Shown here: positions 33,560 to 50,626 of the stretch, piece after piece
Position numbering within the stretch: the stretch's first letter is position 1
How the letters are laid out: every line of letters starts with the position of its first letter
Notes under the pieces: generated by a model
Told to the model about the DNA's origin: nothing
Seen by the model: the letters and a program-made list of their open reading frames with translations, nothing else
The model's database searches: none
Program-made: the position numbers and the translations under genes
NCBI RefSeq assembly: GCF_009914755.1
Contig: NC_060947.1
DNA length: 64,000 nt
Origin: the human T2T-CHM13v2.0 reference genome, Homo sapiens
Strand: one strand, 5' to 3'

Positions 33560-35560
33560 AGTTTGAAGGAGATGTGTAAACAAAGGGTAGAGTGGCTTTG
33601 ATTATGAGAAAAAGTTCAATGTGATTAGAACATAGAGTGAAAAAAAGTGGTGGATGATGAGGTTGTAAAATTAGCTTAGGGTGTACCAGAAAAACCTTGT
33701 ATGCTATGCTAAGGATTTTGAAACTTATACTATGGACAATGGAAAAACGACCTAACCTTTTGGAGCGAGTGCTTGACATAATCAGTTGTGATTTCAAAAA
33801 GTTAAATTTGGATTGATTATAGACAGGAGATATCAAAGTCAGGGAGATAATCTGTTAGGCTTTTGGAGAAGTCAGGGTGAAATAAGACAAGAGCCAAACT
33901 TGGGCAATGGACAAAACGAAGGCAAATTCATAAAGCTTTCAAATAGAACTGATACAATTTGGTGCCAAAATTTTGAGGAGTACAGAAAAAAGAATGAGGA
34001 AGTGGAAGCAGAGGAGAAGGGTTTTCAGGTTTCTGCTTTGAGCAAACAGGGGAATACTGATACTCTTCTCTGAGATGGAATGCTGAATGAACACCAGTTT
34101 GGGGATACAGTTTTGGACATGCTAAGTTTGCAGTTTCTGTGGAACATCCAGGCAGAGGAAAGCCCTGGAGATAAGATGGAATTAGGCATCATCCAAGAAC
34201 ATATGGTGATACAGTGGTTGAATCATTGAAGAAGATGATGAGGAGGTGGAAAATATCTAGATTTATATGAGAAGACAATCAAAGCAGAAAATATTGGTAA
34301 CACCAACATGTAATGGACAGATGAAGAAAAAAAACTAGTCAGAGAGGTCAAAGAACTAAGAGAGATTAATATTGTGGAAACCAAGAATGAGAGTTTCCAG
34401 ATGAGAGTGATAAAGAGTGTTAAATATTGCCAAAGGTCAAGTCATTTATCCCACTTGAGGAAGAGAGGTCAATTGATCAGGTTTAATTATTCATTAGTGC
34501 CTCTAGAGAGAATGGTTTCAGTAAAGGTAAAAGCAGACATTATATTGCAGTGAATGAATAACAAGTCAGAGACAAAGAAATAGAGCCACTGAGGGCAAAG
34601 TGCTCTTTCAAGAAGTTTAGCTGTGGAGAAAATTAAGGAAATATGGTTATAGGTTATAGCTTGTGGGAGAGGAACTCTTGAGGGTAGGTGATTTTTTTAA
34701 GATGCAGAGGATTTGATCACGTTTATAGGCAAATGAGGAAAAGCTAGTGGAAAAAGAGGTGTTAAAGACATATAACTCGGTGAGGAGGGATAATTGATGG
34801 AGTAGTGACTCTATGAAAGAAAATCACTAGTGGAATGATTTGTCTTGGAAAAGGTAAGGACATCTGCTTCTCTAAGTCAAGAGAAAAGAAATAAGTACAG
34901 GAAGGTTAGTTCAAAGCACTTCAAGATGGCTTTTAATTTCTCTGTAAAGGAAGCATGATGATCTACTGAGAAGTGTATATTTAGGAACTTTGAGAAGAGT
35001 GGAAGTAATTGCTGTGGCAAATATTAGTGACAGATGAAGAAAAGGAACGAATTGGAAAAAAGCAAAAGTTTGGTTAGCAATTTTGAGAGTACACGTGAAG
35101 TTGAAAATCTTAACCTTGGAAATGACGGTTATCAGTGTGCTTATGCGATTTTCTGCAGTAGCACTCTGCAACCCAGAATTAAAAGTAAATAAATGGATCT
35201 TTATGTTCATCTGGTATAGGAAAATTGCAAAGCATGGGTGGTGGAAAGATAAGCAGATGAGGAAATAATAGGTGAGGGCACAATAAACTAGTGGTAATTA
35301 TGCCCCAGATTCACATTGATCAACATGAAGCCAGCAGGGACTGAGAGAAGAGGGACTTTGAAAATAGAGAAGTGTCAAGGATTAGGAATTTTCAGTGATG
35401 TTAAAGAACCAATTTAGTGGGAGTAAGGAAATTTGAGAGGAGGAATATTAAGATGTTTTGATCAGAGAGTGGAATATTGGAATCAAAGTTTCTGGAGGTA
35501 AAATACTATAAGAGGAGAAGATGTAGGATGCCGTTATTTGGTTGCTAACATAGAGTAGAG
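33560..35560 (-). mobile_element. L2 LINE remnant
   Basis: Purine-rich L2-antisense motifs (ttttggacatgctaagtttgcagtttctgtggaacatcca; gagaatggtttcagt; ctctttcaagaagtttagctgtg). Confidence 0.6.
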
Positions 35561-35623
35561 GTGATATTTATTGGAGGTGAATGAGCTCAAGAAATTGTAA
35601 GCCTATGTTGCTGAAGTTATCTG

Positions 35624-36011
35624 GTGAATTAGTCAAGGTAATTAAGGCTAGCTATAGCAACAAATAAACTCAGCTGATTAATACACAAAGGTTTGTTTCT
35701 ATGCTCATGCAGAATCAGGCTCAACTTGGTAGGAGTTGTCATCCATCCAGTAACGTAGGATCCAGGCTTCTCTCGTCCTGAAATTCTGGTAATTCAACAC
35801 ATAGTTTCTAAGGTCACTGCAGCAGGGGAAGAGGAGACACGGAATAAATATACTGACCTTTAACTGCTTCAGCTTGGAAGTAGCATGTGATATTTCAGTT
35901 CACAGTTCACTGGTAAGTACAATTTAAATGGTCCCATTCTAATTGCAAGGACAGCTAGGAAATATAAGGCAATCAGTGAACTATTTGGTGAGTGTTAACT
36001 GTCTTTGCCAC
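35624..36011. mobile_element. Old MLT1-type LTR
   Basis: tgaattagtcaagg...gctatagcaacaaataaactc...aaaggtttgtttctatgctcatg...gtctttgccaca. Confidence 0.45.
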
Positions 36012-37209
36012 ATTCCAGCGGGACTTGGGGTAGTGAGGAGCATTGTGAGTCAAGTGTCAAAGTTCTGGATGAATATGTGTGTGGTCCATCTTGGAAGGAA
36101 GAAGAGGCAACCAAAAGGATGGGGAGGTGGTATATCAAGAATGGTTTTAAAAGATAAAACAATTTTGAGTAAGGGTTAAAGAAATATAATCTAGAAATTT
36201 CTATGGGGAATTTAAGAAAATGCTATCCTGTGTCCAGATCCCCCATTCTGGGTTGGGAAATAGTGTGGAATATGGCTGGAAATGTGAACTGCTACTATAT
36301 TGTGGTAAGAATTGACACCAGATTAAATCTGTTGGCCTTTATCCTGGAAACAAAAGAATAAAATGACATTATAAAAGTGCATTGTAGGAAAATTATTTTG
36401 TCAATGGCATTCAGATTGCATTGAATGGGGTAGATACTGGAGGTGAGAAAACAATTAAGAGGTATGAGCTAATGGTGGTCACAGTAGGAATCCACTGTCA
36501 CATGCAGGAGACACTAAGTGAGAAAATTCAGCAAGCTTTTATAACAAACAGTTGCTGCATATTTTAATTGCCTCCAGCAAATTCACAGAAGGACCAGAAT
36601 GGCCTTGGAATGGGATGGGAGACAAAAGGGAGATAGATGAGATATGCCTAGAAGAGCTAACAAGGGTGGCCAGAAAGATTAAAGGTGAAGGAAAGAAATA
36701 AAGAAAGAGTCTGCAGAGAAGGACCAATGGACTCCAGGCACACATGGCCTATAAGTTGGGAGACAAAAGGCAGTGGTGATTAGCAGCAGCTGAAGGCCAC
36801 ACACGGGGTCTTCTGGCATCTAAGCCAGTGGTTAGAAACCTTTCAGATTTGTCTTGCCAAGTCAGTATTTATTCACTCTTAATTTCAGGATTTATATGCC
36901 AATAATATATATTTCCACTTAGAAATTTTCTGTACATCTAAAATCTCATTGCATATAAAATTATTTTTTGAAAGTTTCAAGATTAAGAAGCTGCATTTAC
37001 AATATAATTATAAACCAGATTTAATGAGTGTCACTTATATCTTTTTCTGTTTTGACCTTTTTCCGTTACCCCAAGTTTCTGTGTATATTCGTATACTCAA
37101 AGCTACGGAGATATCTATCTCAAACTATTTGTATCCCAGCCCCACTCTTACTAGGTCCAGAACTATTATTACCACCTGCTGACTACAGCCCAAGAAGCCT
37201 TAGATAGGG

Positions 37210-37520
37210 CCAAAGGGGACCAGAGCCCACTCTCTGCTGAGCCTGAAGCTGCTTGGCCAGAAACACAAATGGTAGAGAAAAGTGCAGAGTGTTGTGGGAA
37301 CACAAAGCAGGGAGTTCTGAAATGATTGCGTGATACAGGAAAAGGCCTCCATGAGATGTGAAAGGTAAGTAAGATATAGTGTGGAGGCTGAGAGCTGAAA
37401 AAAAAATACATGATGTGTTTTAAAAACTGAACAAAATTCAGGGCAACTGGAGTATATAGAACTGGAGGAGAGTGGTGTTAAGTGAGGCTGGAAAGGTGGG
37501 CAAGACTCAGAGCCTGAAGG
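37210..37520 (-). mobile_element. L2 3' fragment
   Basis: aagtgcagagtgttgtgggaacacaaagcagggag...aaaggcctccatgaga. Confidence 0.45.
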
Positions 37521-37639
37521 GAAAGGCATAAAGAAGACATTCTTCTTAATGGTGTAAAATGCAAGCACAACAATTGTTATGTATTATTTTGGGCAATAAT
37601 AAACTAGATACTGTTTTGAGTTTTTTTTTTTTTTCAGCT

Positions 37640-37810
37640 ATTAGCTGTTTTAGTTCTTATTCCTACTCTATGAGATAGATGATATCATTACTCCCATTCT
37701 ATAAATAAGAAAACTAGAGCATGAAGAGGTTAGGTAACTTGCCCAAGATAATACTGCAGCAGAACTAGGACTCAGTTTCAAGGTGTCTGGCTTCAGAATT
37801 TGTGCTCTAG
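37640..37810 (-). mobile_element. MIR SINE
   Basis: cccattctataaataagaaaactagagcatgaagaggttaggtaacttgcccaagat...gtctggcttcaga. Confidence 0.7.
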
Positions 37811-38141
37811 AGCAATCCACAATACTGCCTTATGCCAATATAATGTGTCTCCTTGGGACAAAAAAAAAAAATCAAGCTTTTCTTTATAATTGTTTGTGGT
37901 AATAATTTAGAGACAAAGAAACTGTTCAGTATAAAACCACTGGACCCCAGAATACTCCATGGATGGCCAGAGGCCCAGGAAAATTCACCAAAAGGAGAAA
38001 TGGTGCACACACACACACACACACACAAATTAAATTTTCTTAAAAGTGATATTTGATTACTTCTGATCCTGGCAAAATGGAGTAGGCTTACTTTCCATTA
38101 TTCCTTCCGCTTAAGTACAAGTAAAAACCCTGAACATTATA

Positions 38142-38360
38142 CAGATGTTTCTCTACTTACAATGGGGTTATGTTCTGATAATCCCATCATAAGTTGAAAA
38201 TATTGTAAGTCAAAAATGCATGGCTGACTGGCAACTGTGACTCACTACCACTGCCCAGCATCATGAGAGAAATACAGTTTCTACACAATGTGTGTCACTC
38301 TCACTCCATCTTAAAGTGGAAAATTCCCAAATGGAACCATCATAAGTTAGGAACCATCTG
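38142..38360 (+). mobile_element. MER47/Tigger5-derived MITE
   Basis: TA|cagatgtttctctacttacaatggggttatg...cataagttaggaaccatctg terminal inverted repeats. Confidence 0.75.
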
Positions 38361-39642
38361 TCTATGAATCAAATAAGAAAAGGTTATGAAAGGTAGTAAG
38401 AAGAAGTCAGCCTGGCTAGTGACCTTGGGACCCAAGGAATGATATGATGTTGCATTCCCTGGGTTTTCTTTTTGCCTTGAGTGTCCTATATAAGGAACTG
38501 AAAAAGACTAAAAAGCAAACACCAACAGGTGGAAACAAAAATGTTCCTAACAAAAGCCTATTCTCTCTAGCCAAAGTATCAGGAAAGAGACAGGCTAGCA
38601 GGCCAGAAAACTTTTAGATAATAATGGCTCTACTCCAGTCAATCATCGCAGAACTATCTGTGGACCCATCCCCACCCATGCAAGTAAGGGACAAGTGGAG
38701 GGTCTATCACCCTCTCAGGGATGTAACTAGGCAGTATAACACCCTCAACAGGTTGGTGTCAAAGAAGGCAAAGTAATGAACTGAGACTTTTGTCACTGCC
38801 AACTGGTAACAAGGTTATCTTCCCAACACCCACGTCATCAGTGAAGACTACAGGGGAAACGTGGACTTCCACTGGCACCAAGCAGTAATGAGGTGTTTCT
38901 ACTCTTCTCTGCTGCAGTGGTGTCAGAGGAAGCCTAGTGGAGAAGTAAGAGTTTTCTCCATTGACCAGCGGTAATAAGGCCACCTACACTCCATGGTGTC
39001 ATTAGATGCAATATGGAGAACAGTAATGAGACCTGCTTACCTCTTTCAGCCAGGGAAGTATCACTGGAAGCTTAGTAGGGAACTGGAAATTCCACTCTGT
39101 CTAACACAAAGGAAAAGTCCATGCCACTTGTGTGTCAAAGGAAGCTGAGTGGGGAAACTGAACTTCTACTCCCGACCTGGCAGTAACAAGGTACTTTGCC
39201 AGAGAAGTGTCAGAAGAAACAAGCTAATTCAGAAAGTGTAAATAAGATCCAGAGTCTCAAATAGTAATACCCAATATGCCCGGGTTCCAATAAAAAACTA
39301 CTCATTATATTAAGAAACAAGAAGTTATTAGATTGAATGAAAAAAAGAGAAAGGTGCCAACACCAAGATGACAGAGATACTAGAATTATCTGACAAATAT
39401 TTTAAAGCAGTGCCATAAAGATGTGCATCACACAAAATTATTTATATGTTCAAAACAAATGAAAGCTTAGAGAGTGTTAGCAAAGAAATAGAAAGCCTCA
39501 GCAAGACATAGAAGACATAAAGTAGAACCAAATGGAAATTTGAAAACTGGAAAATGTGATAATGTAAAAGAAACTACAGGTGACCTCAAGAGCAGAATGA
39601 AAGGGGCAGGGGAAACAATTAGTGAACCTGAAGAGAGAAAAA

Positions 39643-41882
39643 TTGCCTTTGATAAAATTCAACATCCTTTCATGTTAAAAACTCTCAATAAACTAGGTAT
39701 TGAAGAAACATATCTCAAAAATAGTAAGAGCTATTTATGACAACACCACAGCCAATATCATACTAAATGGGAAAAAGCTGAAAACATTCCCTTTGAAAAC
39801 CAGCACATGACAAGGATGCCCTCTTCCACCACTCCTATTCAACATAGTATTGGAAGTTCTAGCCAGGACAATGAGGCAAGATAAAGAAATAAAGGGTATT
39901 AAAATAGGAAGAGAGGAAGTCAAATTCTCTGTTTGCAGATGACATAATTCTATATTTAGAAAACTCCATCATCTCAGCTGTAAAACTCCTTAAGCTGATA
40001 AGCAACTTTAGCAAAGTCTCAGGATACCAAATCAATGTGCAAAAATCACAAGCATTCCTATACACCAACAATAGACAAGTGGAGGGCCAAATCATGAATG
40101 AACTCCCATTCACAATTGCTACAAAGAGAATAAAATATCTAGGAATACAGCTAACGAGGGAAGTAAAGGAAAGCTTTAAGGAGAACTACAAACCACTGCT
40201 CAAGGAAATAAGAGAGGACACAAACCAATGGAAAAACATTCTATCCTCATGAGTAGGAAGAATCAATATTGTGAAAATGGTCACATTGCCCAAAGTAATT
40301 TATAGATTCAATGCTATTCCCATCAAACTACCATAGACATTCTTCACAGAATTGGAAAAAAACTACCTTAAATTTTATATGAAACCAAAAAAGAGACCAT
40401 ATAGCCAAGACAATCCTAATCAAAAAGAACAAAGCTGGAGGCATCACGCTACCTGACTTCAAACTATACTACAAGGCTACAGTAACAAAAACAGCATGGT
40501 ACTGGTATCAAAACAGACATACAGACCCATGGGAAAGAACAGAGACCTCAGAAACAACACCACTTATCAACAACCATCTGATCTTTGAGAAAATGAACAA
40601 AAACAAGCAATGGGTAAAGGATTCCCTATTTAATAAATGTTGCTGGAAAAACTGGCTAGCCATATGCAGAAAACTGAAACTGGACCCCTTCCTTACACCT
40701 TATACAAAAATTAATTCAAGATGGGTTAAAGACTTAAATGTAAAACCCAAAGCCATAAAAACCCTAGAAGAAAACCTAGGCAATACCATTCAGGACATAG
40801 GCATAGTTCATGACAAAAACGCCAAAGGCAATGGCAACAAAAGCCAAAATTGACAAAAGGGATCTAATTAAACTAAAGCACTTCTGCACAGCAAAAGAAA
40901 CCATCATCAGAGTGAATAGGCAACCTACAGAATGGGAGAACATTTTTGCAATCTACCCATCTGACAAAGGTCTAATATCCAGAATCTACAAGTAACTTTA
41001 ACAAATTTACAGGGCAAAAACAACACAACCCCATCAATAAGTGGGCAAGGGATATAAACAGACACTTCTCCAAAGAGGACATTTACACAAACATATGAAA
41101 AAAAGCTCATCATCACTGATTATTAGAGAAATGTAAATCAAAATCACAATGAGATACCATCTCACACCAGTAAGCATGGCAATTATTAAAAAGTCAAGAA
41201 ACAATAGATCCTGACAAGGCTGTGGAGAAACAGGAATGTTTTTACACTGTTGGTGGGAATGTGAGTTAGTTGAATCATTATGGAAGACGTGTGGCAATTC
41301 CTTAAGGATCTAGAACCAGAAATACCATTTGACCTAGTAATCCCATTACTGGGTGTATACCCAAAAGAATACAAATCATTCTACTCTAAAGACACATGCA
41401 CACGTATGTTTATTGCAGCACTATTTACAATAGCAAAACCTGGAATCAATCCAAATGCCCATCAATGATAGACTTAATAAAGAAAATGTGGCACATATAC
41501 ACCCTGGAATACTAGGCAGCCATAAAAATGAATGAGATTGTGTCCTTTGCAGGGATATGAATGAAGCTGGAAGCCATCATCCTCAACAAACTAACACAGG
41601 AACAGAAAACCAAACACTGCATGTTCTTACTAATAAGTGGGAGTTGAACAATGAGAACACATAGACACAGGGAGGGGAACAACACACACTGGCACCAGTT
41701 GGGGGCTGGGGGATGAGCGGAGGGAGAGCATTAGGAGAAATAGCTAATGCATGCAGGGCTTAAAACCTAGATGACAGGTTGATAGGTGCACCAAACCACC
41801 ATGGCACATGTATACCTATGTAACAAACACACACATTCTGCGCCTGTATCCTGGAACTTAAAGTATAATTAAAAGAAAGAAA
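39643..41882 (+). mobile_element. 5'-truncated L1PA8-10-like element (~2.2 kb)
   Basis: Starts in RT (gcctttgataaaattcaacatcc) and runs through the ORF2 C-terminus, the 3'UTR (gctaatgcatgcagggcttaaaacctagatga) and an A-rich tail. Confidence 0.9.
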
Positions 41883-44800
41883 TCCACTCTAGTTAACAGC
41901 ATTCTGATCAAGTCCACAGATATGAATGAGGGCCATAAAATAAATCAGATTTATCTATGAGAAAAAGAAGATGTAGAAAATACCAAATCTAAACAACAGA
42001 GAGAACATAGTCTAGAAAAAGAAAAGTGAATAGTCTCCGATCCAACATACATGTTACTGAGTGTCAGAGGAAAGAATAAAGAGGGCAGAACAGAAAAAAA
42101 AACTATAAATAATGGCTGAAAACTTGCCAGATTTGGCAAAAGACATAAAACTACAGATTCAAGAAACCAACTGAACTCCAAATAAAAAAACAAAAATAAT
42201 CCCCAGCAAGACACATCATAATCACACTTCTGAAAAATAAAGACAATGAAAGCATATTGGTAATAATGAGATAAATGACATCTTACTTGCAGGGACAAAC
42301 AATTTGAATGACACATATTTTTCATAATAAATTATGGAGACCAGAAGGAAGTGACAGTATTTTTCAAGTGCTAAAAGAAATGAACTGTCAATCAAGATTC
42401 CTGTATTCAGTGAAAATACACTTCAGAAATCAAGGGAAAATTGAGATTTTCACATGAAGGAAAACTAAGAGAATTTGTTGCCAGCAGACCTACCCTAAAA
42501 GAATGACTAAAGGAAGCTCTCTATACAGCAAGGAAACAATAAAAGAAGAAATATCGAACTTCAGGAAGAAGAAAAAAATGGAGAAAAAATATGGATAAAT
42601 ACAATAGGCTTTCCTTCTCATTTTTATTTTTCTGATTATGTTTTATATTTGAAGCAAGAACTATGGCATTGTTTGATGTGGTTCTAAACGTACACTGTAG
42701 TAATTCATAGTAAGGTGGGGAAAAGAAATAGAAGAAAAAACAGAGAACAAACAAAATGAAAAGTAAATAAGCATACATAGCCCTGACATAATAATAATTA
42801 CATTAATTATAAATAATCTAAGTACACCAATTAAAAGACAGATAGTGAAAGGCTGGATTAATAAACACTACTTAACCATAAGCTATCTACAAAAACAACT
42901 CATGTAAATTAAAACACTATAGTCAAGCTTAAAATGGAAGATTGGAAAAACATCCATCATAGTAAAATTAATCTAAGGAAAGTATGAATGGCTATATTAA
43001 TATCAGACAAATTAGACTTCAGAGTAAATACAATTACCAAAAACATACAGGGACACTATGTAATAATAGAAGGGTCCATCCACCAAGAAGACATGGATCT
43101 TAAATGTACATGCATTAAACAACAGAGCTGCAAAATATGTAAAGCAAAATCTTTCAAAACTAAAATGAGAAATAGACCAATCCACAATTATACTTGTACA
43201 CTTCAACACTCATCCTTCAACAATTGTTACAACAACTAGACTGAAAGTCAGCAAGAATTTAGAATTTTACAGCACAATCAATCAACAGTATCTAATGGAT
43301 ATATATAGAACACACCACCCAGCAACAGCAGAATATATATTCCAAATACATATTATTTTTAAGGTCCCATGGAACATTCCTTAAATTAAACCATATCTAG
43401 GGCCATAAAGCAAACCTCGACAAATCTGAGAGAACTGAAATCATACAGAGTGTGCTCTCCAATGACAAATCAAATCAAACTAGAAAATGAACAAGAAATT
43501 TTTCAAACCCTTGGAATCAAAACAAGACACTTCAAAATAATCTATTAAAGAGGATGTTTGAAGGAAATCTAAAAATACATTGAACTGAATGAAAAGGAAA
43601 ACACAATATATTTATATCTGTGAGATATGGCTAATGAAATACTGACAGATGAATGTATAGCAACAAGTACTTACGTTTGCAAAAAGGCAGCCTCTAACCA
43701 ATAATATAAGTCCTACCTCAAGAACCTAGGAAAAGAAGAGCAAAATAAACACAAGGTAAGCAGATGGAAATAAACATAAAAGCATAAATAAATAAAACTG
43801 AAAACAGATAAACAATAGAAAAAATCTGTGAAACGAAGGCCTGGTTCTTTGAAAGATCAATAAAATTGACAAATCTCTAGCAAGACTGAAAAAATAAAGA
43901 GAGAGAAGACAAAACTTACAAATATCAGGAATGAAATAGGGAATATCACTGTAGACTGCAGGCATCAAAGGTATAATAAGAGAATGCTATGAACAGACTT
44001 ACATACTTAGATGAAATGGACCAATTCCTCAAAAAATTAAAATACCACAACTCCTTCAATATGGAATAGAGAATTTGAATAACCCTATAAACTGTCAAAT
44101 AAATTGAATTCTTAGTTTTAAAGTGTCCATAAAGAAATATCCAGACCTAAATGGTTTTACAGCAGAATTCTACCAAGCACTTGAAGAATTAACACGTTTT
44201 TTACAATATCTTGCAGAAAATAGAGGCTAGTATTCTGAAGCTACTATTACCCTGATACCCAAACCAGACAAAGGCAGTAAAAAATAAAAACTACAGAAAA
44301 TATCCCTTATGAAAACAGAGGTGGAGGGTATTCCAAGATGGCCAAATAGGAACAGTTCCAGGCCGCAGCTCCCAACGGGATCAATGTAGAGGATGGGTAA
44401 TTTCTGCATTTCCAACTGAGGTACCAGGTTCATCTCATTGGGACTGGTTGGACACTGGGTGCAGCCCATGGAGGGCAAGCCAAAGCAGCACGAGGTATCA
44501 CCTCACCCAGGGAGTGCAAGTGTTGGGGGATTTCCCTTTCCTAGCCAAGGGAAGCCATGACAGACTTCCTGGAAAAATGGGACACTCCCACTCAAATACG
44601 GTGCTGTTCCCAAGGTCTTAGCAACTGGCACACAAGGTGATTCTCTCCCTTGCCTAACTCGGCAGCTCCCAGGCCAACAGAGTCTTACTACTGTTAGCAC
44701 AGCAGTCTGAGATCCATCTGTGAGACAGCAGCCTGTCTGGGGGAGGGGTGTCCACAATTCCTAAGGCTTCAGTAGGTAAACAAAGCAGCCAGGAAGCTCG

Positions 44801-45355
44801 AACTGGGCAGAGCCCACCTCTGCTCAACAAGGCCTACAGACTCTAGACTCCACCTCTGTGGGCAGGGCATAGCTGAACAAAAGCCAGCAGACAACTTCTG
44901 AAGACTTAAATGTCCCTGTCTGACAGCACTGAAGAGAGCAGTGGTTCTCCCAGCATGGTGTTTGAGCTCTGAGAATGGACAGACTGCCTCCTCAAGTAGG
45001 TCCCTGACCCCGTGTAGCCTAACTGGGAGTCACCTCCCAGTAGGGGCTGACAGACACCTCATATAGGTAGCTGCCCCTCTGGGAAGAAGCTTCCAGAAGA
45101 AGGATTGGGCAGCAATATTTGCTGTTCTGCAATATTTGCTGTTCTGCAGCCTCCACTGGTGATACCAAGGCAAACAGGGTCTGGAGTGAAACTCCAGCAA
45201 ACTCCAACAGACCTGCAGCTGAGGGACCTGACTGTTAGAAGGAAAACTAACAAACAGAAAGGGATAGCATCAACATCAACAAAAAGGTCACTTATAGCAA
45301 AACCCCATCTGTGAGTCACCAACATCAAAGACCAAAGGTAGATAAAACTACAAAG

Positions 45356-46381
45356 ATGAGGAGAAACCATAGCACAAAACCTGAAAATTCTAGAAATCAA
45401 AGCACCTCTTCTCCTTCAAAGGATGGCAGCTCCTCACCAGCAATGGAACAAAGCTTGACAGAGAATGACTTTGATGACTTGACAGAAGTAGGCTTCAGAA
45501 GGTCAGTAATAATAAACTTCTCTGAGCTAAATGAGCATGTTCTAACCCATTGCAGGGAAGCTAAAAACCTTGAAAAAAGATTAGACAAATGGCTAACTAG
45601 AATAAACAGTGTAGAGAAGACCTTAAATGACCTGATGGAGCTGAAAACCATGGCAGGAGAACTTCATGATGCATGCACAAGCTTCAATAGCCAATTCGAT
45701 CAAGTGGAAGAAAGGGTATCAGTGATTGAACATCAAACTAATGAAATAAAGCAAGAAAACAAGATTAGAGAAAAAAGAGTAAAAAGAAATGAACAAAGAC
45801 TCCAAGAAATATGGGACTATGTGAAAAGACCAAATCTACATTTGATTGCTGTACCTGAAAGTGACAGGGAGAATGGAAACAAGTTGGAAAACACTCTTCA
45901 GGATATTATCCAGGAGAACTTCCCCAACATAGCAATGCAGGCCAACATTCAAATTCAGGAAATACAGAGAACACCACAAAGATACTCCTCAAAAAGAGCA
46001 ACCCCAAGACACAAAATTGTCAGATTCACCAAGGTTGAAATGAAGGAAAAAGTGTTAAGGGCAGCCAGAGAGAAAGGTCGAGTTACCCACAAAGGGAAGC
46101 CCATCACACTAACAGCGAATCTCTCGTCAGAAACCCTACAAGCCAGAAGAGAGTGGGGGCCAATATTCAACATTCTTAAAGAAAAGAATTTTCAACCCAG
46201 AATTTCATATCCAGCCAAAAAAAGCTTCATAAGTGAAGGAGAAATAAAATCCTTTACAGGCAAGCAAATGCTGAGAGATTTTGTCACCACCAGGCCTGAC
46301 TTACAAGAGCTCCTGAAGGAAGCACTAAACATGGAAAGAAACAACAGGTACCAGCCATTGCAAAAACAGGCCAAATTGTAA
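45356..46381 (+). CDS. Uninterrupted L1 ORF1p reading frame (341 aa)
   Basis: From MRRNHSTKPENS to ...YQPLQKQAKL*. Coiled coil, RRM and CTD are recognisable. REKG and ARREW are intact; YPAKLS is changed to YPAKKS. Expression unknown. Confidence 0.8.
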   Translation: MRRNHSTKPENSRNQSTSSPSKDGSSSPAMEQSLTENDFDDLTEVGFRRSVIINFSELNEHVLTHCREAKNLEKRLDKWLTRINSVEKTLNDLMELKTMAGELHDACTSFNSQFDQVEERVSVIEHQTNEIKQENKIREKRVKRNEQRLQEIWDYVKRPNLHLIAVPESDRENGNKLENTLQDIIQENFPNIAMQANIQIQEIQRTPQRYSSKRATPRHKIVRFTKVEMKEKVLRAAREKGRVTHKGKPITLTANLSSETLQARREWGPIFNILKEKNFQPRISYPAKKSFISEGEIKSFTGKQMLRDFVTTRPDLQELLKEALNMERNNRYQPLQKQAKL

Positions 46382-46444
46382 AGACCATTGATGCTATGAA
46401 GAAACTGCATCAATTTACAGGCAAAATAACCAGCTAACATCATA

Positions 46445-49400
<2,956 letters not shown>

Positions 49401-50241
49401 GAATTGAACAATGAGGTCACTTGGACAAAGGGCAGGGAACATCACACACTGGGGCCTGTCGGGGGGTGGGGAGCTGGGGGAGGGATAGCATTAGGAGAAA
49501 TACCTAATGTAAATGATGGGTTGATGGGTGCAGCAAACAAACATGGCACATGTATACCTATGTATCAAACCTGCACATTGTGCACATGTACCCTAGGACT
49601 TAAAGTATTAAAAAAAAGAAAAAGGAAAACAGACACACAAATTATTAACCGAATATTAAGAACAGAATTCAGCAATACATAATGAAAATTATACACCATA
49701 ACCCAATGGAGTTTATTCCAGGGATGCAAGTCTGATTCACATTTGAAAATCAATCAGTGTAATCTACCATATTAACAGCCTAAATAAGAGAATTCACTAG
49801 ATCATATTAATGTATGCAGTAAAAGAATTTGACTAAATTCAACATCCATTTATGATGTCTCTCAGGAAAATAGGAATATAAAAGAACTTCCTCAACATGA
49901 AGAGCATCTACAAAATACTGGAGCAAATAACACTGAATGATAGAGAATGGCTGCTCTCACCCTAAGATCAAGGCCAGGAGGTTCTTGATTCTCACCATTC
50001 TTTTTAACGTATTTCTGGGAGTTCTATCCAGTGAAGTAAAGCAAGGAAATTATGCAGAAAGCATATGGATGGGAAGAAATAAAACTTTCTCTTTTTGAAG
50101 ATGGCATGATTGGCTACATAGAAATGCCTGACAAATCTACAAAAAAAAAATTCCTGTAACTAACAAGTAAATTTAGCAAGGTTACAAGACAACAAGCTGG
50201 ATCACTTACACATTGCTCATGTGAATATAAAGTGGTACCAC

Positions 50242-50626
50242 TGTGTTAGGCCATTCTTGCATTGCTATAAAGAAATACCTGAGACCAGGTAATTTGTAAG
50301 AAGAGGTTTAATTGGATCATATTCTGAAGGTTGTACAGGAAGCATAGCATCATCTGCTTCTCAGGTAGCCCCAGGGAGCTTTTACTCATGGTGAAAGGCA
50401 AAGCGGGAGGAGGCACTTCACATGGCAAAAGGAGGAGCAAGAGAGAGATAATGGGGGGAGAGGCATTACACACTTTTAAACCACCAGGTCTTATGAGAAC
50501 TCACTCACCATTGCAAAGACAGCACCAGGCCATGACCCAAACACCTCCCACCAGACCCCACTTTCAGCACTGGGGATTACAATTCAACATGAGATTTGAG
50601 TGGGGACAAATATCCAACCTATATCA
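50242..50626 (+). mobile_element. MSTB MaLR solo LTR
   Basis: tgtgttaggccattcttgcattgctataaagaaatacctgagac...gggagcttttactcatggtgaaaggcaaagc...atccaacctatatca. Confidence 0.85.
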
